NCBI RefSeq assembly: GCF_009914755.1
Contig: NC_060933.1
Origin: the human T2T-CHM13v2.0 reference genome, Homo sapiens
Direction: 5' to 3' (one strand)
DNA: 64,000 nt
Below, in pieces: positions 14,621-27,277 of this stretch. Position numbers and translations under genes: made by a program. Each line of letters begins with the position of its first letter. Position 1 is the stretch's first letter. The notes beneath the pieces are model-generated. The model was not told the origin of the DNA, did not search any database, and was given only the letters and a program-made list of their open reading frames with translations.

Positions 14621-17419
14621 TACATTTAAAAAGTTAAAAAAAGATGCAAAATGGCAATATAAATAATAGGGGGAATGGCTTAATTGCTACCATTGAAAGA
14701 GAACAGCAATTGATATTTTGATCTTCTTTCTATTTTATATATAGGTTTTGTTGTTTTTTTACTGGGTTGATTTTATCATGTAATGTGTATTTCACCATCA
14801 TGCACATATCTAAGTGTATGTCTGGGGGGTTAATCAGCATGTATGTCTCAGTGCAAAGCACTTTCTTCCAGGTTCTCATTCGCCTTTTAGCTTCTCTTTT
14901 TCCAGTCTGGTTTCCTGCCCCTAGCCCCACCCCTACCTCCTAACTTCTCAGGTTGTCATCCATACAGCAACCAAGTGCCTGAGTTTTGTCATTTTGGTAC
15001 CAGAGCTACAGTCTGGAGACTCTGCTTCTTTAGGCAGCCTGACTGCTTCTCATCCCTGGTGCTATGATGGCAACTTTGGGATGTATTTCTCCCTTCTTTC
15101 CTTCCCTTTCCCTTAGACAGGGATTTATGAAGTGAGGTTATTAGGAAAGGGCAAGGTCCCTGTAGGGCCCTGCCAGCTCCACTCTTCCCTTTAAAATTAG
15201 ATATCCATTTTTTAAAACTTATAATTTTAAAAAATGGTTATAAGCATCAATACAACAAGGTGACTGGTGGGGTAGAATTTTAAAATATGATGTAACCTCT
15301 TCTTGTTCTAGAGGTTAAGCCAGCAAGTCAGCTTAGGACATATTTTTCTAATCGTGGGGGGAAATGGCCTGGCTTACCTTAGTTACATAACCATGTGTGC
15401 AGCCTGTTCTGGCATTTACATGCCCCTCCCTGAAACAAAGCAGAGGATTCTGGTTTGAGCAACGTTTTCCTTCCTTTCCTCCCTACCCTTCCTCACCCTA
15501 CCTTTTGTGAAGGTTGTGAATCAGTTTTTCATAAGAAGTCTAGAAGCCTTGTGAGAGTGAAGAGACTCCAACCCCAGCTGTTTCTCCTTAAGATTCAACA
15601 TTAGAGAAATTTGGAAGGAACCACAGTGTTCCTGACTGAGACCTCTTGGTGGGAAAGGAACATGACAATGATAGATGAGAACATACAGTGAGAGATAGGA
15701 AGTTGGGGCTTCCCGAAGTTTCCAAAAGGATCTAAGACAGGTCTGTCTTTGCCAGACCCTGTACTGAGCCTTCATATGGTCCCAGCCGTGGCCAGCCTAG
15801 TTCTGACATCGCGACTGGGCAACAGTGGGATGGCTCAGCGTTTGAAATGAGTGGTGACCTCCATGGTGGCCTCAGGATCTAAATGTACAAGGGCTTCACT
15901 GTAGCTGTGGACCCTTGTCCAGTGTCTGCAGACCCTGAAGTGACAATGCCAACAGTGCTGCCTCTGACTCATGGTTCTCTCACATTTAGAAGAGTCATCG
16001 AAGTCCTTTGGTCTACATCATTGTGATTGAGGGGATATGGGATACCAAACTGCCTGCCCACACAGGCTTCTGGGGTTTTACATGATTCATTAGAATAATA
16101 AAAAGGATGTGGCTACGTTTATACCTCCAGGCTGGTGAAGTAAGTCACTATTACTCAAGCATTCTTCATGTTATTACAAACATTAATGCCTGCCTAGCCA
16201 TGTACTGAGAGAGTGTACTATATTTTATTTTCTAATTTCTCCTTTATTGGAAATTTAACTCTTTTGCATGAGACATTTCTGGTAGAACCTAGTATTTGTT
16301 TTAGCACTATTAGTGTAATAGTAGTAGGCATATATTTTCTAGTTGCTAAAAATATGCAGCTCCAAACATTATTTTTTGGGGTGTGAAGTTAACTTCCTTC
16401 TCTTGTATTTGAGGGGCATTAGGGGGTTTTGTCAAGAGTGGGGCATGAGGGAGAGGAGGCTCAGAGAACTAAGAGTGTACACCATGCTTGCTGGTCCCGG
16501 GTTCTCAAAGGCATCTTTGACCAGAAGGGGGGTCAAGGATAGTACTATCTGTTGGGAGGAAGCCACACATCCAGTGGATGTAAAAGAGCATGACTGTCCC
16601 CAGTGAGACCCTAGTAATAAGCAGGGCATGGCACATGGTAGGTGCTTGGTACTTACTCTTTTTTAATTTTTGGATGGTTGAATATTTCCACTAAGCATTC
16701 AGAGAACAGATTATAAACCTATGTAAGCATTCCAGAATTATAAGATTAGACTTGCATAAAGTTGCCATGTAATTTAAAAAATGCTCTTTAACCTATGGAA
16801 AGGTTTTTTTTTTCCATGAAAAAATTGGTAATGATATGTACACTAATCTATATAAAGAGCATAAGATTATAATACAAATAAATCCATGTGATTCCTTCCC
16901 GTGTGATGTTATGTTGTTTCAAGATAATATTTTTCCCCATAGTGGTTATGTGATCTTCTATATCTGGATGTAAACAACAACAATAACAACAAAAAGAAAC
17001 AAAAAAACACTCATGCCAAAGGAAATAATGACTATAGCTCATGGTGGTGAATGATACTTTGGGGGAGATAGGAAACTACCTTAGACCTGTACTTCTGAGT
17101 GCACATTATTACTTTTGCTTGATTTCCCTCTAACTTCTATTTATTTGAGAACCATGATCAAATGAGACCACAGGCACCACTTTCAATTACAGAGATTAAG
17201 GAAATATAGCATGAGTTTTGTTTTGTTTTATTTTTCTAGAGGACATTTGCCCTATATTCTTGGAAAATGGCAGCCTGTGGAATAATTTGTCTGGTCAGGC
17301 CCCAGCTACTTTGCCTTGAAAGGGGAACCCATTAGGAGTAGCTGCCTTACAAATCCTGGCTCTGAGTCCATCTTTTAAAATTTCAGTTTATTTTTATTTT
17401 TTAAAAATTTTGTTTTTCC

Positions 17420-17731
<312 letters not shown>

Positions 17732-17919
17732 TGATTTACATTTTTTTTTGTAGACACCAGAAAATAAATTTTCTTCCACAACATAGAGATTGGATTTAAA
17801 AGTTCTTTTTTTGCTTTTTTTTTCAGATGTTTAAAGGAAACTGATTAAACAATGAGATAAAGCTCTAGACATAAGATAAATGGTAATAAAAACAGTATCT
17901 TAAAAGGGATTAGTTATCT

Positions 17920-18140
17920 GCAATCAACAGAGCGCATTTAACGTATATTATCACATTTGAATCAGAGAACAGCCCCCTGAAGCCAGGTGGGGAAGCATTT
18001 TTCTCCTCTTTTCATAGTGGAAGGAACTGACACTCAAAAAATTTAGGGGTTGTGTCCATGACAATAGAAGTTGTAACTGCAGATTAGAGTTCCAGTTTTC
18101 TCACTCCCCTTTCTGCCTTTTTTTCCCCACTTCACCATGT
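17920..18140 (-). mobile_element. MIR SINE (decayed)
   Basis: aacagccccctgaag...ggaactgacactca...tgtccatgaca. Confidence 0.55.
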
Positions 18141-18999
18141 TGCTGTTGAAGGTGCCAGAGTCTTGGAATTTTTATGTCTTTTTCTCAAGAGTCATTCATA
18201 GTCCCAGAATATCTTTGCAAGGGAAATGAATGACCCTTCTGAAATTTAGAGCCACTCACATATTTATGTCATCAGTATAGCTCCATTTACAAACTCTTAC
18301 AAATAACATGAAAGCTTGAGGCATTCCTTTTATTTTATTTTTCTCTTCCTTTCTGTCTTATACATGTCCAGAGGCACTCTTTTTGGTGTCATTTCCTAAG
18401 GGAAAAGAACATAGAAATTCTTGTTCTTCCTCAAAGCTGATAAATAATCTGGCAGCTTTTTATTTAAATTAAAAAAAAAATGCTTTCTGTAGACTTGATC
18501 GGTTATGCCAAATTTCTCTCATAAGTTTTGGAGAGATTTTAAAGTTTTCTTTTATATTTTCTGGGCACAAGTCTTCTTGACAGAAAATTGCAACAAGAAA
18601 AAGGTCTGTTCCCTTTTGGAATACTTTCCACACGGAAGGCTTGGGAGGAAAGTTGCAACATATGTTAGAGACCCTATCTCTAGGAGCTGGGCCAGAAGAG
18701 ACAGCATGAAACAGGGAAAGGTGATTCTCTGTGCTTTCAAGCTTCAGTTCCCTTTTTAAAGAACTCCATTCTCCTGGCCAGGAAAAGGAAATAGAATGGG
18801 TTCTGAAGCAGATGCTGCTCAGACTTGCTGGTTATCAGAGAAGGAGTGAGAAGGCAAAGGAGAAAAAATCACTGTATGTGTGTGCTCACTTGTGTGTGCT
18901 CACTTATGTGTGCATGCAGGGATGAGAGGGTGTCAAAACTTGGGAAACCAGTACAATCTCCAAAACAAGGCATCTTTTGAATTTTAAGTAAAAATTAAG

Positions 19000-19300
19000 G
19001 GCCAGGCACAGCGGTTCATGTAATCCCAAGCACTTTGGGAGGCCAAGGCGGGCAGATCACTTGAGGTCAGGAGTTTGAGACCAGCCAACAAGGTGAAACC
19101 CCATCTCTACTACAAAAAAAAAAAAAAATACAAAAATTAGTCCAGTGTGGTGGCACATGCCTGTAGTCCCAGCTACTTGGGGAGCCTGAGGCAAGAGAAT
19201 CGCTTGAATTGGGAGGCGGAAGTTGTAGTGAGCTGAGATCCAGCCACCTCACTCCAGCCTGGGAGACTGAGCAAAACTCTGTCTCCAAAAAAAAAAAAAA
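19000..19300 (+). mobile_element. AluS
   Basis: Dimeric Alu with poly(A); TSD aaaaattaag on both sides. Confidence 0.95.
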
Positions 19301-19332
19301 TTAAGGAAAGGAAAATGAGGATATCTTTAGAG

Positions 19333-19619
19333 CAAGAATCAGCAAACTTCTTCTGTAAAACACCAGATAATAAATATTTTTCATTTTGTGGACCATATAG
19401 TCTGTCTCAAATATTTAATTCTGACGTAGCACAAAAGCAACCTTATTTTAGGGACACCAAAATTTGAATTTTATATAATGTTCAAATGTCAGGAAATATT
19501 TTTGTTTTGATTTTTTTTCTCCCAACTGTTTAAAAATGCGAAAGCCATTTTCAATTGGGCTGTGAGCTGTACAAAAGCAAGCAGTGGACTGGTTTGGCCT
19601 CTGGGTTTGCCTAACCCTG
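19333..19619 (+). mobile_element. MER58B (hAT-Charlie) DNA transposon
   Basis: tcagcaaacttcttctgtaaa...gtttgcctaaccctg; 8-bp flanks ctttagag/ttctagag. Confidence 0.8.
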
Positions 19620-19819
19620 TTCTAGAGGAAAGATGAGGCTAGCATGGTGTGGTGTGAAAATGTGAAGTAATTATTTTTTATTATTCTTATATGAAGTAGC
19701 AACTAGATGAGCACATTTCCCCCATGTGCCCCTTAACCGTCTTGCACAAAAATGAAAACAAAAAAAGAAAACATGTTGATTGCAATCTCATCTCTCTGAA
19801 ATTTACTTAATTCTGAAAT

Positions 19820-20136
19820 TTCTTTTTTTTCTTTTCTTTTTTTTTTTTTTTTTTTTTTTGAGATGGAGTCTTGCTCTGTCACCCAGGCTGGAATGCAGTG
19901 GTGCGATCTTGGCTCATTGCAACCTCCGCCTCCTGGGTTCAAGCAGTTCTCTGCCTCAGCCTCCCTAGTAGCTGGGATTACAGGTGCCCGCACCACACCC
20001 AGCTAATTTTTGTATTGTAATAGAGATGGGGTTTCACCATGTTGGCCAGGCTGGTCTTGAGCTCCTGACCTCGTGATCCACCCACCTCGGCCTCCCAAAG
20101 TGCTGGGATTACAGGTGTGAGCTACTGCACCTGGCC
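19820..20136 (-). mobile_element. AluS (Sg/Sc-like)
   Basis: Full antisense Alu; 11-bp TSD aattctgaaat at 19809-19819 and 20137-20147. Confidence 0.95.
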
Positions 20137-20789
20137 AATTCTGAAATATTCGCAAAAGTCACACCAAAATTTACCATTGATTGGAAGTTTAGTTGCCTAG
20201 CCAGCTTTATATTTAAGGCCTATAGACTTTAACTAATTTAGAGAAATCTGAAGACTAAAGGAAGAATGTCTGATTTTAAAGTAGTACTGTGTTTATTTGA
20301 AGGAACCATCCCCCCTTCCTCCTCTGATGGAATTATCCCGAGAATCCATATTAAACATCACTGTGTTAATTTTCTGCTCTACAATACAACACAACTGTCA
20401 CATGATACTAAAAACATGGACATGTGTGGAATCAAGTAAAATAATAAGGTGTCAAAATGTCCTGCATATGTGGGGAAAGAACCTATGTTTTTAACTGAAT
20501 TGTAAAAAAGAAATCACTCATTTTGAAAGGAAATCTTTTCTGATGAGCAGAATATAAGATGACTGTAAGTGCATATCTGTGAATCTTCATTTTCAAGGTA
20601 TTTTCTCCTTACTTAATGTTCTTACCCTACTCATGTCTGTAACTATGGTACTCAGATTAATTAGGATATGATTTGAAAAGAATGTTGGACTATGACCATA
20701 AACACAGACCTTTCCACTTAATCATTGCCGTTAATCCCAGGTATGGCCAATAATGTAGACGTAAACTTGTGGAAGTGAGAGTCATCCAG

Positions 20790-20957
20790 ATCCTCGCTAC
20801 TCAGATGTGTTCTATAGACCAGGAGTATCAGCATCACCTAGACTTTTGTTGGAAATGCAGAGTCTCAGGCCTCAGTCCAGACTCATTGGATCATAATCTG
20901 CATTTTAACAAAATCATCAGATGATTTGTATGCGCATTAATTGTAAAGAGACATTCA
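20790..20957. mobile_element. MER5A1-like hAT DNA transposon
   Basis: catcacct...gttggaaatgcagagtctcaggcc...aatctgcattttaacaa. Confidence 0.75.
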
Positions 20958-20962
20958 GCTTG

Positions 20963-21246
20963 TAGTAATAGTTTTCAGCTTTGGTTGTATGGTAGAATTC
21001 CCTGTGAGACTTCTAGAAATCCCAGTGCGTAGGCTCTCTACCAGACCAATTAAATCAGAATACCTGAGGGTGGGACCTAGGCATCAGTATTTTTTCTGTT
21101 TTTTTTTTTTTGATATGATAATTTACTTCCTTTTGGGTACATACCCAATAGTGTGATTGCTGTATCAAATGGTAGTTCCAGTGGCATCGGTATTTTTTTA
21201 AGCTTCCTAGATAATTCCAGTGTGCAGTGAAGTCTGAGAACCACTG
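20963..21246. mobile_element. MER5A hAT DNA transposon split by a tiny L1 insertion
   Basis: ccagaccaattaaatcagaat...ggcatcagtattttt [insert] ggcatcggtatttttttaagct...tgagaaccactg. Confidence 0.85.
21096..21182 (-). mobile_element. 87-bp retrotransposed internal L1 ORF2 fragment with poly(A) tail and 16-bp TSD
   Basis: Minus strand: gaactaccatttgatacagcaatcacactattgggtatgtacccaaaagg...(A)n; TSD ggcatc(a/g)gtatttttt at 21080-21095 and 21183-21198. Confidence 0.85.
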
Positions 21247-22290
21247 GGCTAGATGAAGGACTGCACATATTACTGCTCTGAGAGTAAGAAGAGAGCACTC
21301 TCATTATCAAGTGGAAATAAGGTCCCCAGAACTAGAGGAGTTACTAGAAGTGTTAAAAAGGTCAGCTTGGCATATATTACAAGAGTAGTTTTCGAGAGCC
21401 ATTTCATTATTTGAAGGATGGAATAACAGCACATCTCAGGCCAGGCAACTGGGTCACATGCCCAGTTTCTTTAGTCTTTGCTTTTTGAATAAACCCTACA
21501 ACTTTAATTATATAACTGTCATTAAGACTTCCCCTAATCTTAACAAAACTTTCTGAAAAGACTCTCATATAGGATACCAGTTTGTTAACCATCTTTTTGG
21601 TTGAGGATGAGGATAAATTCATGGTATGTGAGTTTTGGTAGAGTTAGCAAAGTTTCAAGTGTTTAAGTAGATTAACTGATCATTGAAGCCCCTTGCCTTT
21701 AGCTTAGAAATGGAATCTGAGAAAACAGAGAGATAATGCCATTCAAAAATCACTTTCTTTGGAACAGCAAGGAGCCCATCAGATTAATTCTTAAGGACAA
21801 GTGTAAGGGCTGGTATATATAAGAGGAAAAGGCATTATGCAGCAGCTTATAGGATATCACTTTATCAAGATTCCAGAAATTATCAAGTCAGTCCACTGAT
21901 TTGGTACCCTCTTATTCATAATATCTGTTATATTATGCCTTTAAATAAAAATTAAGTCACATCTTTAAAGGAATTGAGCCTACATAATGAGATAAAATGT
22001 TCAGGTTACTAAATAGTTGACCAAAAGCAAACAAACAAAATTATAGATTAAGTTGAAGCTCTAGTGGCTTCTGGTATGTACTGATTCTTTCTAACTAGTG
22101 AGAAGTCCCTGTAGAGTCTGACAGGCTTTGAGTTGGGTCTTCTTCCTACCTGTTGCTAAGTGTGCATCATCTTTGGACCTTCCCACCCCATCTCATCCTG
22201 GTGTTCAGGTTTCTGGCACTAGAGTTGATCCACTAATTGCAGAGTTCTAAGTTTTGTCTTGCCATCGCTCCATGTAGCCCATCTACTATA

Positions 22291-22809
22291 CGGCAAGTTC
22301 TCGAATAATGTCATTTCATCGTAATGTTGATAAGAAAAAAAAATTCCCAGTGGGAGCCGCTGTCAGTGTGGAGTATGCACATTCTCCCATGTCTATATGG
22401 TTTTTCTCTGCATACTCCAGTTTCCTCCCATATCCCAAGGCTGTAGATGTGGAGTGAACTGGAATGTCTATGTGGTCTCAGTGTGAGTGTGTGACTGTGC
22501 CCTGCAATGGGATGGCATCCTTTCTTGAGTAGGTTCCCACCTTGTGCCCTGAGCTTCCTGGATAGGCTCTGGCCACCCATAACCCTGAACTGGAATATTT
22601 GGTTTACATTTATTTCAATGTTTAATATTAGAAATGGTTTGGTTTTTATTTAGAAGTTCAGTAATGTTTTTGTGACCAGAAATATGCCACAGAAACTTAA
22701 CTCTTGTTTATATCAGTTAGCCTATAGTAAAATTGGTTTTGTTATACAGCATTTTGCTTAAAGTCACAGTTTCAAGAACCTATCAATGGAGTTAAGTGAG
22801 GACTTACTG
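22291..22809 (+). mobile_element. MER6A (TcMar-Tigger) DNA transposon
   Basis: Termini cggcaagttctcgaataatgtc.../...gttaagtgaggacttactg flanked by TA; internal gtgtggagt.tgcacattctccc...gtttcctccca.atccca segment typical of MER6. Confidence 0.85.
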
Positions 22810-23294
22810 TATTTCTATTACTCTAGCTCTTTCTATTCTTAATTGCTAATTCCACAGACCTATGGAATGCTGAAAGTGCAATTATCCTCCAGTGTAACTG
22901 CCTTCTGCAAAAATTGCCTCCCACAAAACTACCAAAAAATGCATTCTGTTTGGTACTATGTGTGAATATCTAAGGATGCCTTTTCAGCTATACAGAGAGG
23001 CCTTCTATAGACCTCCCTGGCTTTAGACAAGAATAGGTTAGCTGTCTGGTTGGAACACCCTTTTATTTTTTTAGTATGGTTATTTCAGGTGTCCCATTAT
23101 CTGACATCCTTCTTGGGTATAGCAGTTGATGTTAAAAGTTGTCTGATTGTTACCACTTGGGAGCTTTTGTCTGTTTAAATATTTCATGTTCACTTATAAA
23201 AAATTACACCCATTAAATAGCTCGTGAATTCCTAAGTATAACTTGAATACAAATACTACAATACACAAACACTCTTCTTAGGATTCCATTATGC

Positions 23295-23610
23295 ATTAAT
23301 TAATTTACTTCATAAATGTGAACAAAAAGAGCTTACTGTGTTTGAGGTAGTATTCTAGACCCTGTGAGGAACAAAAAGACTCAGAGTAGTGTTTCCTGTT
23401 CTCTTGGAGCCCCAGAGTAAGAAAAGCACATATTTGTTATCCAAAGCTAAATGTGATTTGGTGCTGAAAACAAACAGGCAGTAAGTGCTATAGGAGTTCA
23501 GAGAAAAAAGGAAGAGCAAGAATGCATGGCAGCAAAATTTCGTGGAAGGCTTTATGCCAGAGATGGCATTGGAGGTGGACTTTGAAGATGAATAGTTTTT
23601 CAGCAGGCAG
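23295..23610 (-). mobile_element. L2 LINE 3' fragment
   Basis: gcttactgtg...taagtgctataggagttcagag...ggaaggcttt...tttgaagatgaatag. Confidence 0.65.
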
Positions 23611-23820
23611 TTCTCAGAATGAACAGAAACAGTTAACAAAGATGCCTTCTCTAAATGCCAAGAATGTAAGGACGTTCAGCACACACAACCATCTCTTCCT
23701 TCATCTGAACTCCCTGTATGATCTAGTAATTAAACACTAAGTGTTTGGTAATAATATGTGTCAGAGAATGTTCTTGGTCTCCTTTGAAATAGGAAAGAGA
23801 TACTCTTCAAAAGTTAAAAG

Positions 23821-24087
23821 GTTGTGTCTCACGCCTGCAATCCCAGCACTTTACTGAGGCAGGTGGATTGCTTGAGCCCAGGAATTTGAGACCAGCCTGG
23901 AAAACATGGTGAAACCCTGTCTCTGCAAAACATACAAAAAATAAATTAGTTGGCATACTCAGGAGGCTGAGGTGTGAGGATTGCTTGAGCCCAGGAGGCG
24001 GAGGTTGCATTGAACCAAGATCACACAACTACACTCCATATTGGGTTACAGGGACCCTGCCTCAAAAAAAAAAAAAAAAAAAAAAAA
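23821..24087 (+). mobile_element. AluJ (internally deleted)
   Basis: ggattgcttgagcccagga in both arms; poly(A); TSD-like aaaagt(t/g)aaaag. Confidence 0.9.
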
Positions 24088-24949
24088 GTGAAAAGAATCA
24101 CCAAGGGCACACATACTTGTCATAAACCAAGAAAACCAAATTAGAGAATTGAATAAAGCCGGTTGGGTAAGACCCCCAGAATTTCCAATGTCTTTTAATT
24201 GAAGTTTGCAAAGAGTTTACTCTTCCAGCTTGGAGAAATCAGGAACAAATCAAAAGGCATTTTGGCCATTGTTGATAAATATTCTAATTAAATCCTTCAT
24301 TGACTGATGGCTGCCAAGAGTCAGCAGCAGGTGGTAACAGTTCCTTTGTAATCATTATAATTGTTTGAAATTATTCACTTTTCTGATCCAGGACTGTTTT
24401 TGGAGAGGAGGCCTAGGAGACACAGTGCAGATGGGCCTGATTTAAACAATATCCTTATTAAAACTGCACATTCTATTTTCTGATTAAGTTATTGGCAAAT
24501 TCAAATATAGTATCAGTATATCAAACTAATCACTTGTTGAAAAATAATAATAGCTACAGCTGTTCTCCCTTTAAGTTTTAAGAGATAAAATATGTTCACT
24601 TAGATATGCATATCTGACATGACATATTTTCTTTCTATGGCACCCAGAGTCTCTGCTGTTACAATGTTTCTTTTTCATTATGAATAGAGGTGAGCTTTTC
24701 TTTTTCTTTTAAATTTATGGAACATATGCTGTATCCACTTCACTCAAAGCTATAGAATAATGACGCTATTATTGTAGCCATCTGTCTCTTCACATCAGTG
24801 TCTTCCATGGTTTTATAGTCCAGTTTTAGGGCTCTGTAAGAAACAATATTGGTTAACATTAATAACTGCCTTCATCTGACAATTTACATCTCTGCTTGGA
24901 GTCAGCTCCTGAAAGCATCTATCCCAGTAAAGGATGCAGGGGTGCCAGA

Positions 24950-25620
24950 AGAGGGAGGGACAGCTGTCTTGAGGGAGATGGAGGAAGAGCCGCCTATTTT
25001 GCTCCGCTTGACTGACGCCTAAAGGAAAGGTTGAGTCGATCTCCCACTTCCTATTATAGCGCTGCATTTGCAGGTTCCCACCTTGACAGGCAGAAACAGT
25101 TCCAGCCAGTGCTAATTTGGGTAACATCTAAAAGGCTTGCCTGACAAGGCAGATTCAAATTATGAAGCAAACCCCTCACATACTGAGACCTTGTTAGACA
25201 GATTAGTGGTGGATTGGCTTCTTGTGACAGCTTGTTTGCTAGAGGTGAGCTATCTGCATTTCCAATGCAGGCAGGTTATATCATCATTTAAAGAAAAAAA
25301 AAATAAAGATGTCGTTTTTCTTGTTTGTCACAGAGTTCATGTAATATTCCCTCTCGATTTTCTCATTGTTGACTTCAGAAAGAAATAGCAGCAAGTGTGT
25401 ACCTTTGAGTACGACAGCTAATTTTGTTATGGATGAACAGAGTATTGTGACAAAACAGTGGCACAGCTGTCATAACAGCTGTCACACATTAATCATGACA
25501 GTGACAAATAGCATAATTACCTTATCTGGAATTCCTAGCATGCACACTCAGTATGCCCCACTGCCAAGCGAGCATATCACGCATGGTTTAATTAAAAAGA
25601 CATCAATACAGGTTAGTTAG
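24950..25620. promoter_or_regulatory. Candidate developmental enhancer / conserved non-coding element with MEIS/TALE motif cluster
   Basis: Nine TGACA/TGTCA pentamers in 25084-25506, two ACAGCTGTCA composites, several TAAT cores, locally retained CpGs, no recognisable TE. Confidence 0.55.
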
Positions 25621-27195
25621 ACAAGGGCTAGAAGACATTGATCCAAAATGAAAATAAAATTATTTATAGGTTGGTGTTTAGGGACACCAAAGACCAATTA
25701 CTTAGCCGACATGATAATTTGAAACGATTTCCCTAACTGGCCTTTCTCAATGTGTACATCACATGGCGAGTTGTCTGTTCTGAACCAAACTAGAAGCCCT
25801 TCCTCCATTAAATGTTTGATCCCCTCTTTTTCCAGTCCCAGCATGGGTCTTTGAGAGCCATCTTTATATTCTGTTATATGATTAAAGGCACTCTATTGGT
25901 AAATATTTGATTACCAGTGAACACATTATAGCTGACTTTTTTGTTAACTTGCCTTCCAAGGCAGATACTGTGCAGAAGGAAAATAATATTAAGCAAAATG
26001 ATTTTTGTTTTATTTGGAAATTCTTCCTAAGAATAAGGTGAAGTAAAGGCAGGTAAGACTGGGTTTGAGCCTAGAAATTACATTCTTTTACATGTGCAGT
26101 ATTTTAATATAGGTACCTGTATTTGCGTGCATGCATGAGTCGCATCAGTATGTATAAATATGCAACCCTTCCAAATATATGTATATTTTTGCCCCCCCTG
26201 GTATTTTAAGCTCAACAATTCACTGAATTTACTGATTGAATTCCTGGGAGCTGGTTCTTGAATTGCTCTGAAGCTGCCTCGATGAAATATTAATGAATCA
26301 ATTTCCATAGACATGGACTCATTATCTTGCTGGATGCCATTGGAAAACACAGTCCTGCCTGCGGTGTCCTTCCACCTTCCTGTGACATGATTTGATTTTC
26401 TCTCTCCCTTTTTTAATTAAATAAAAAAAATTGCTATCAGGAAAGTTTTGATAACTTTGGAACAGACATCTCCATTTCTCTTGATGGGTACCTAAATGGA
26501 GGTAAGCCATTTAAAATAAATTTATGTACCACTTACATGATATATTGAAAAGTGGGTCTGGAAACAAAGGAAGAGATGGCCAGTTTAGTTCTGTGGTCTC
26601 TGGAATGCCCTTTGGAAATGAAAAAACTGCTATTTTTCAGAACAACCAATTTATGAGAAATGTCTATATTTTAAAAAGCTGGGCCAACCATCTAATTGTT
26701 TACAAAGTTATCAACTTTAGAAAATGTTACAGAACACAAACACATTGTCACTTTAATTTAGGACTGATGGAAAGTAGATGAAACTATTCAAGCTGTGTCT
26801 ACAAAATGCCAAAACAGCTGGTTAGAGCATGAAAAATTCAGTCAAGCCGTGATTATTTACAGGCATCATAAATAGCTGGTTTTAAGTATTTTGATTTTTG
26901 TTCACTGAAATTTACTGGTTTCTCATGCCTTATGCGAGTCAATCTAGGGGTGTAATAAAGTGTATTAAACTACAATTATACTAAACAAAGTTTTTAGCTT
27001 CCTTCCTTTCCTTCATTTTGTTCCGGTAAAGATTATTATTGCCTGCTCTGGGTACCATCAACATCCACTTTATAGAATTCTAAAAAATCCACTGGTAAAT
27101 GGTTACCAACATGGTTAGACAAAGACTAAGATTATGTTCTCAAATTCAATGGCTTTCATTTTCATTTAGAACCAGTAATATATCTGAATGTCATG

Positions 27196-27277
27196 TGATC
27201 TGAGAACAATATTACCATTTCAACACATACATATTATTTGATCTGAGAATGATATTTCTATTTCAACACATATTCTT
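27196..27277. repeat. Diverged tandem duplication of a ~43-bp unit
   Basis: tgatctgagaacaatattaccatttcaacacata (27196) vs tgatctgagaatgatatttctatttcaacacata (27239). Confidence 0.85.

Noticed and set aside
17800-17890. Strong-looking splice acceptor (T-tract + cag)
   Set aside because: No convincing paired donor or reading frame; T-tracts are common here.
24320-24342. CTCF-like gcagcaggtggta
   Set aside because: Mismatches at key core positions; unsupported without ChIP data.
24813-25620. Short ORFs overlapping the candidate enhancer
   Set aside because: No recognisable protein features; the motif pattern fits non-coding regulation better.
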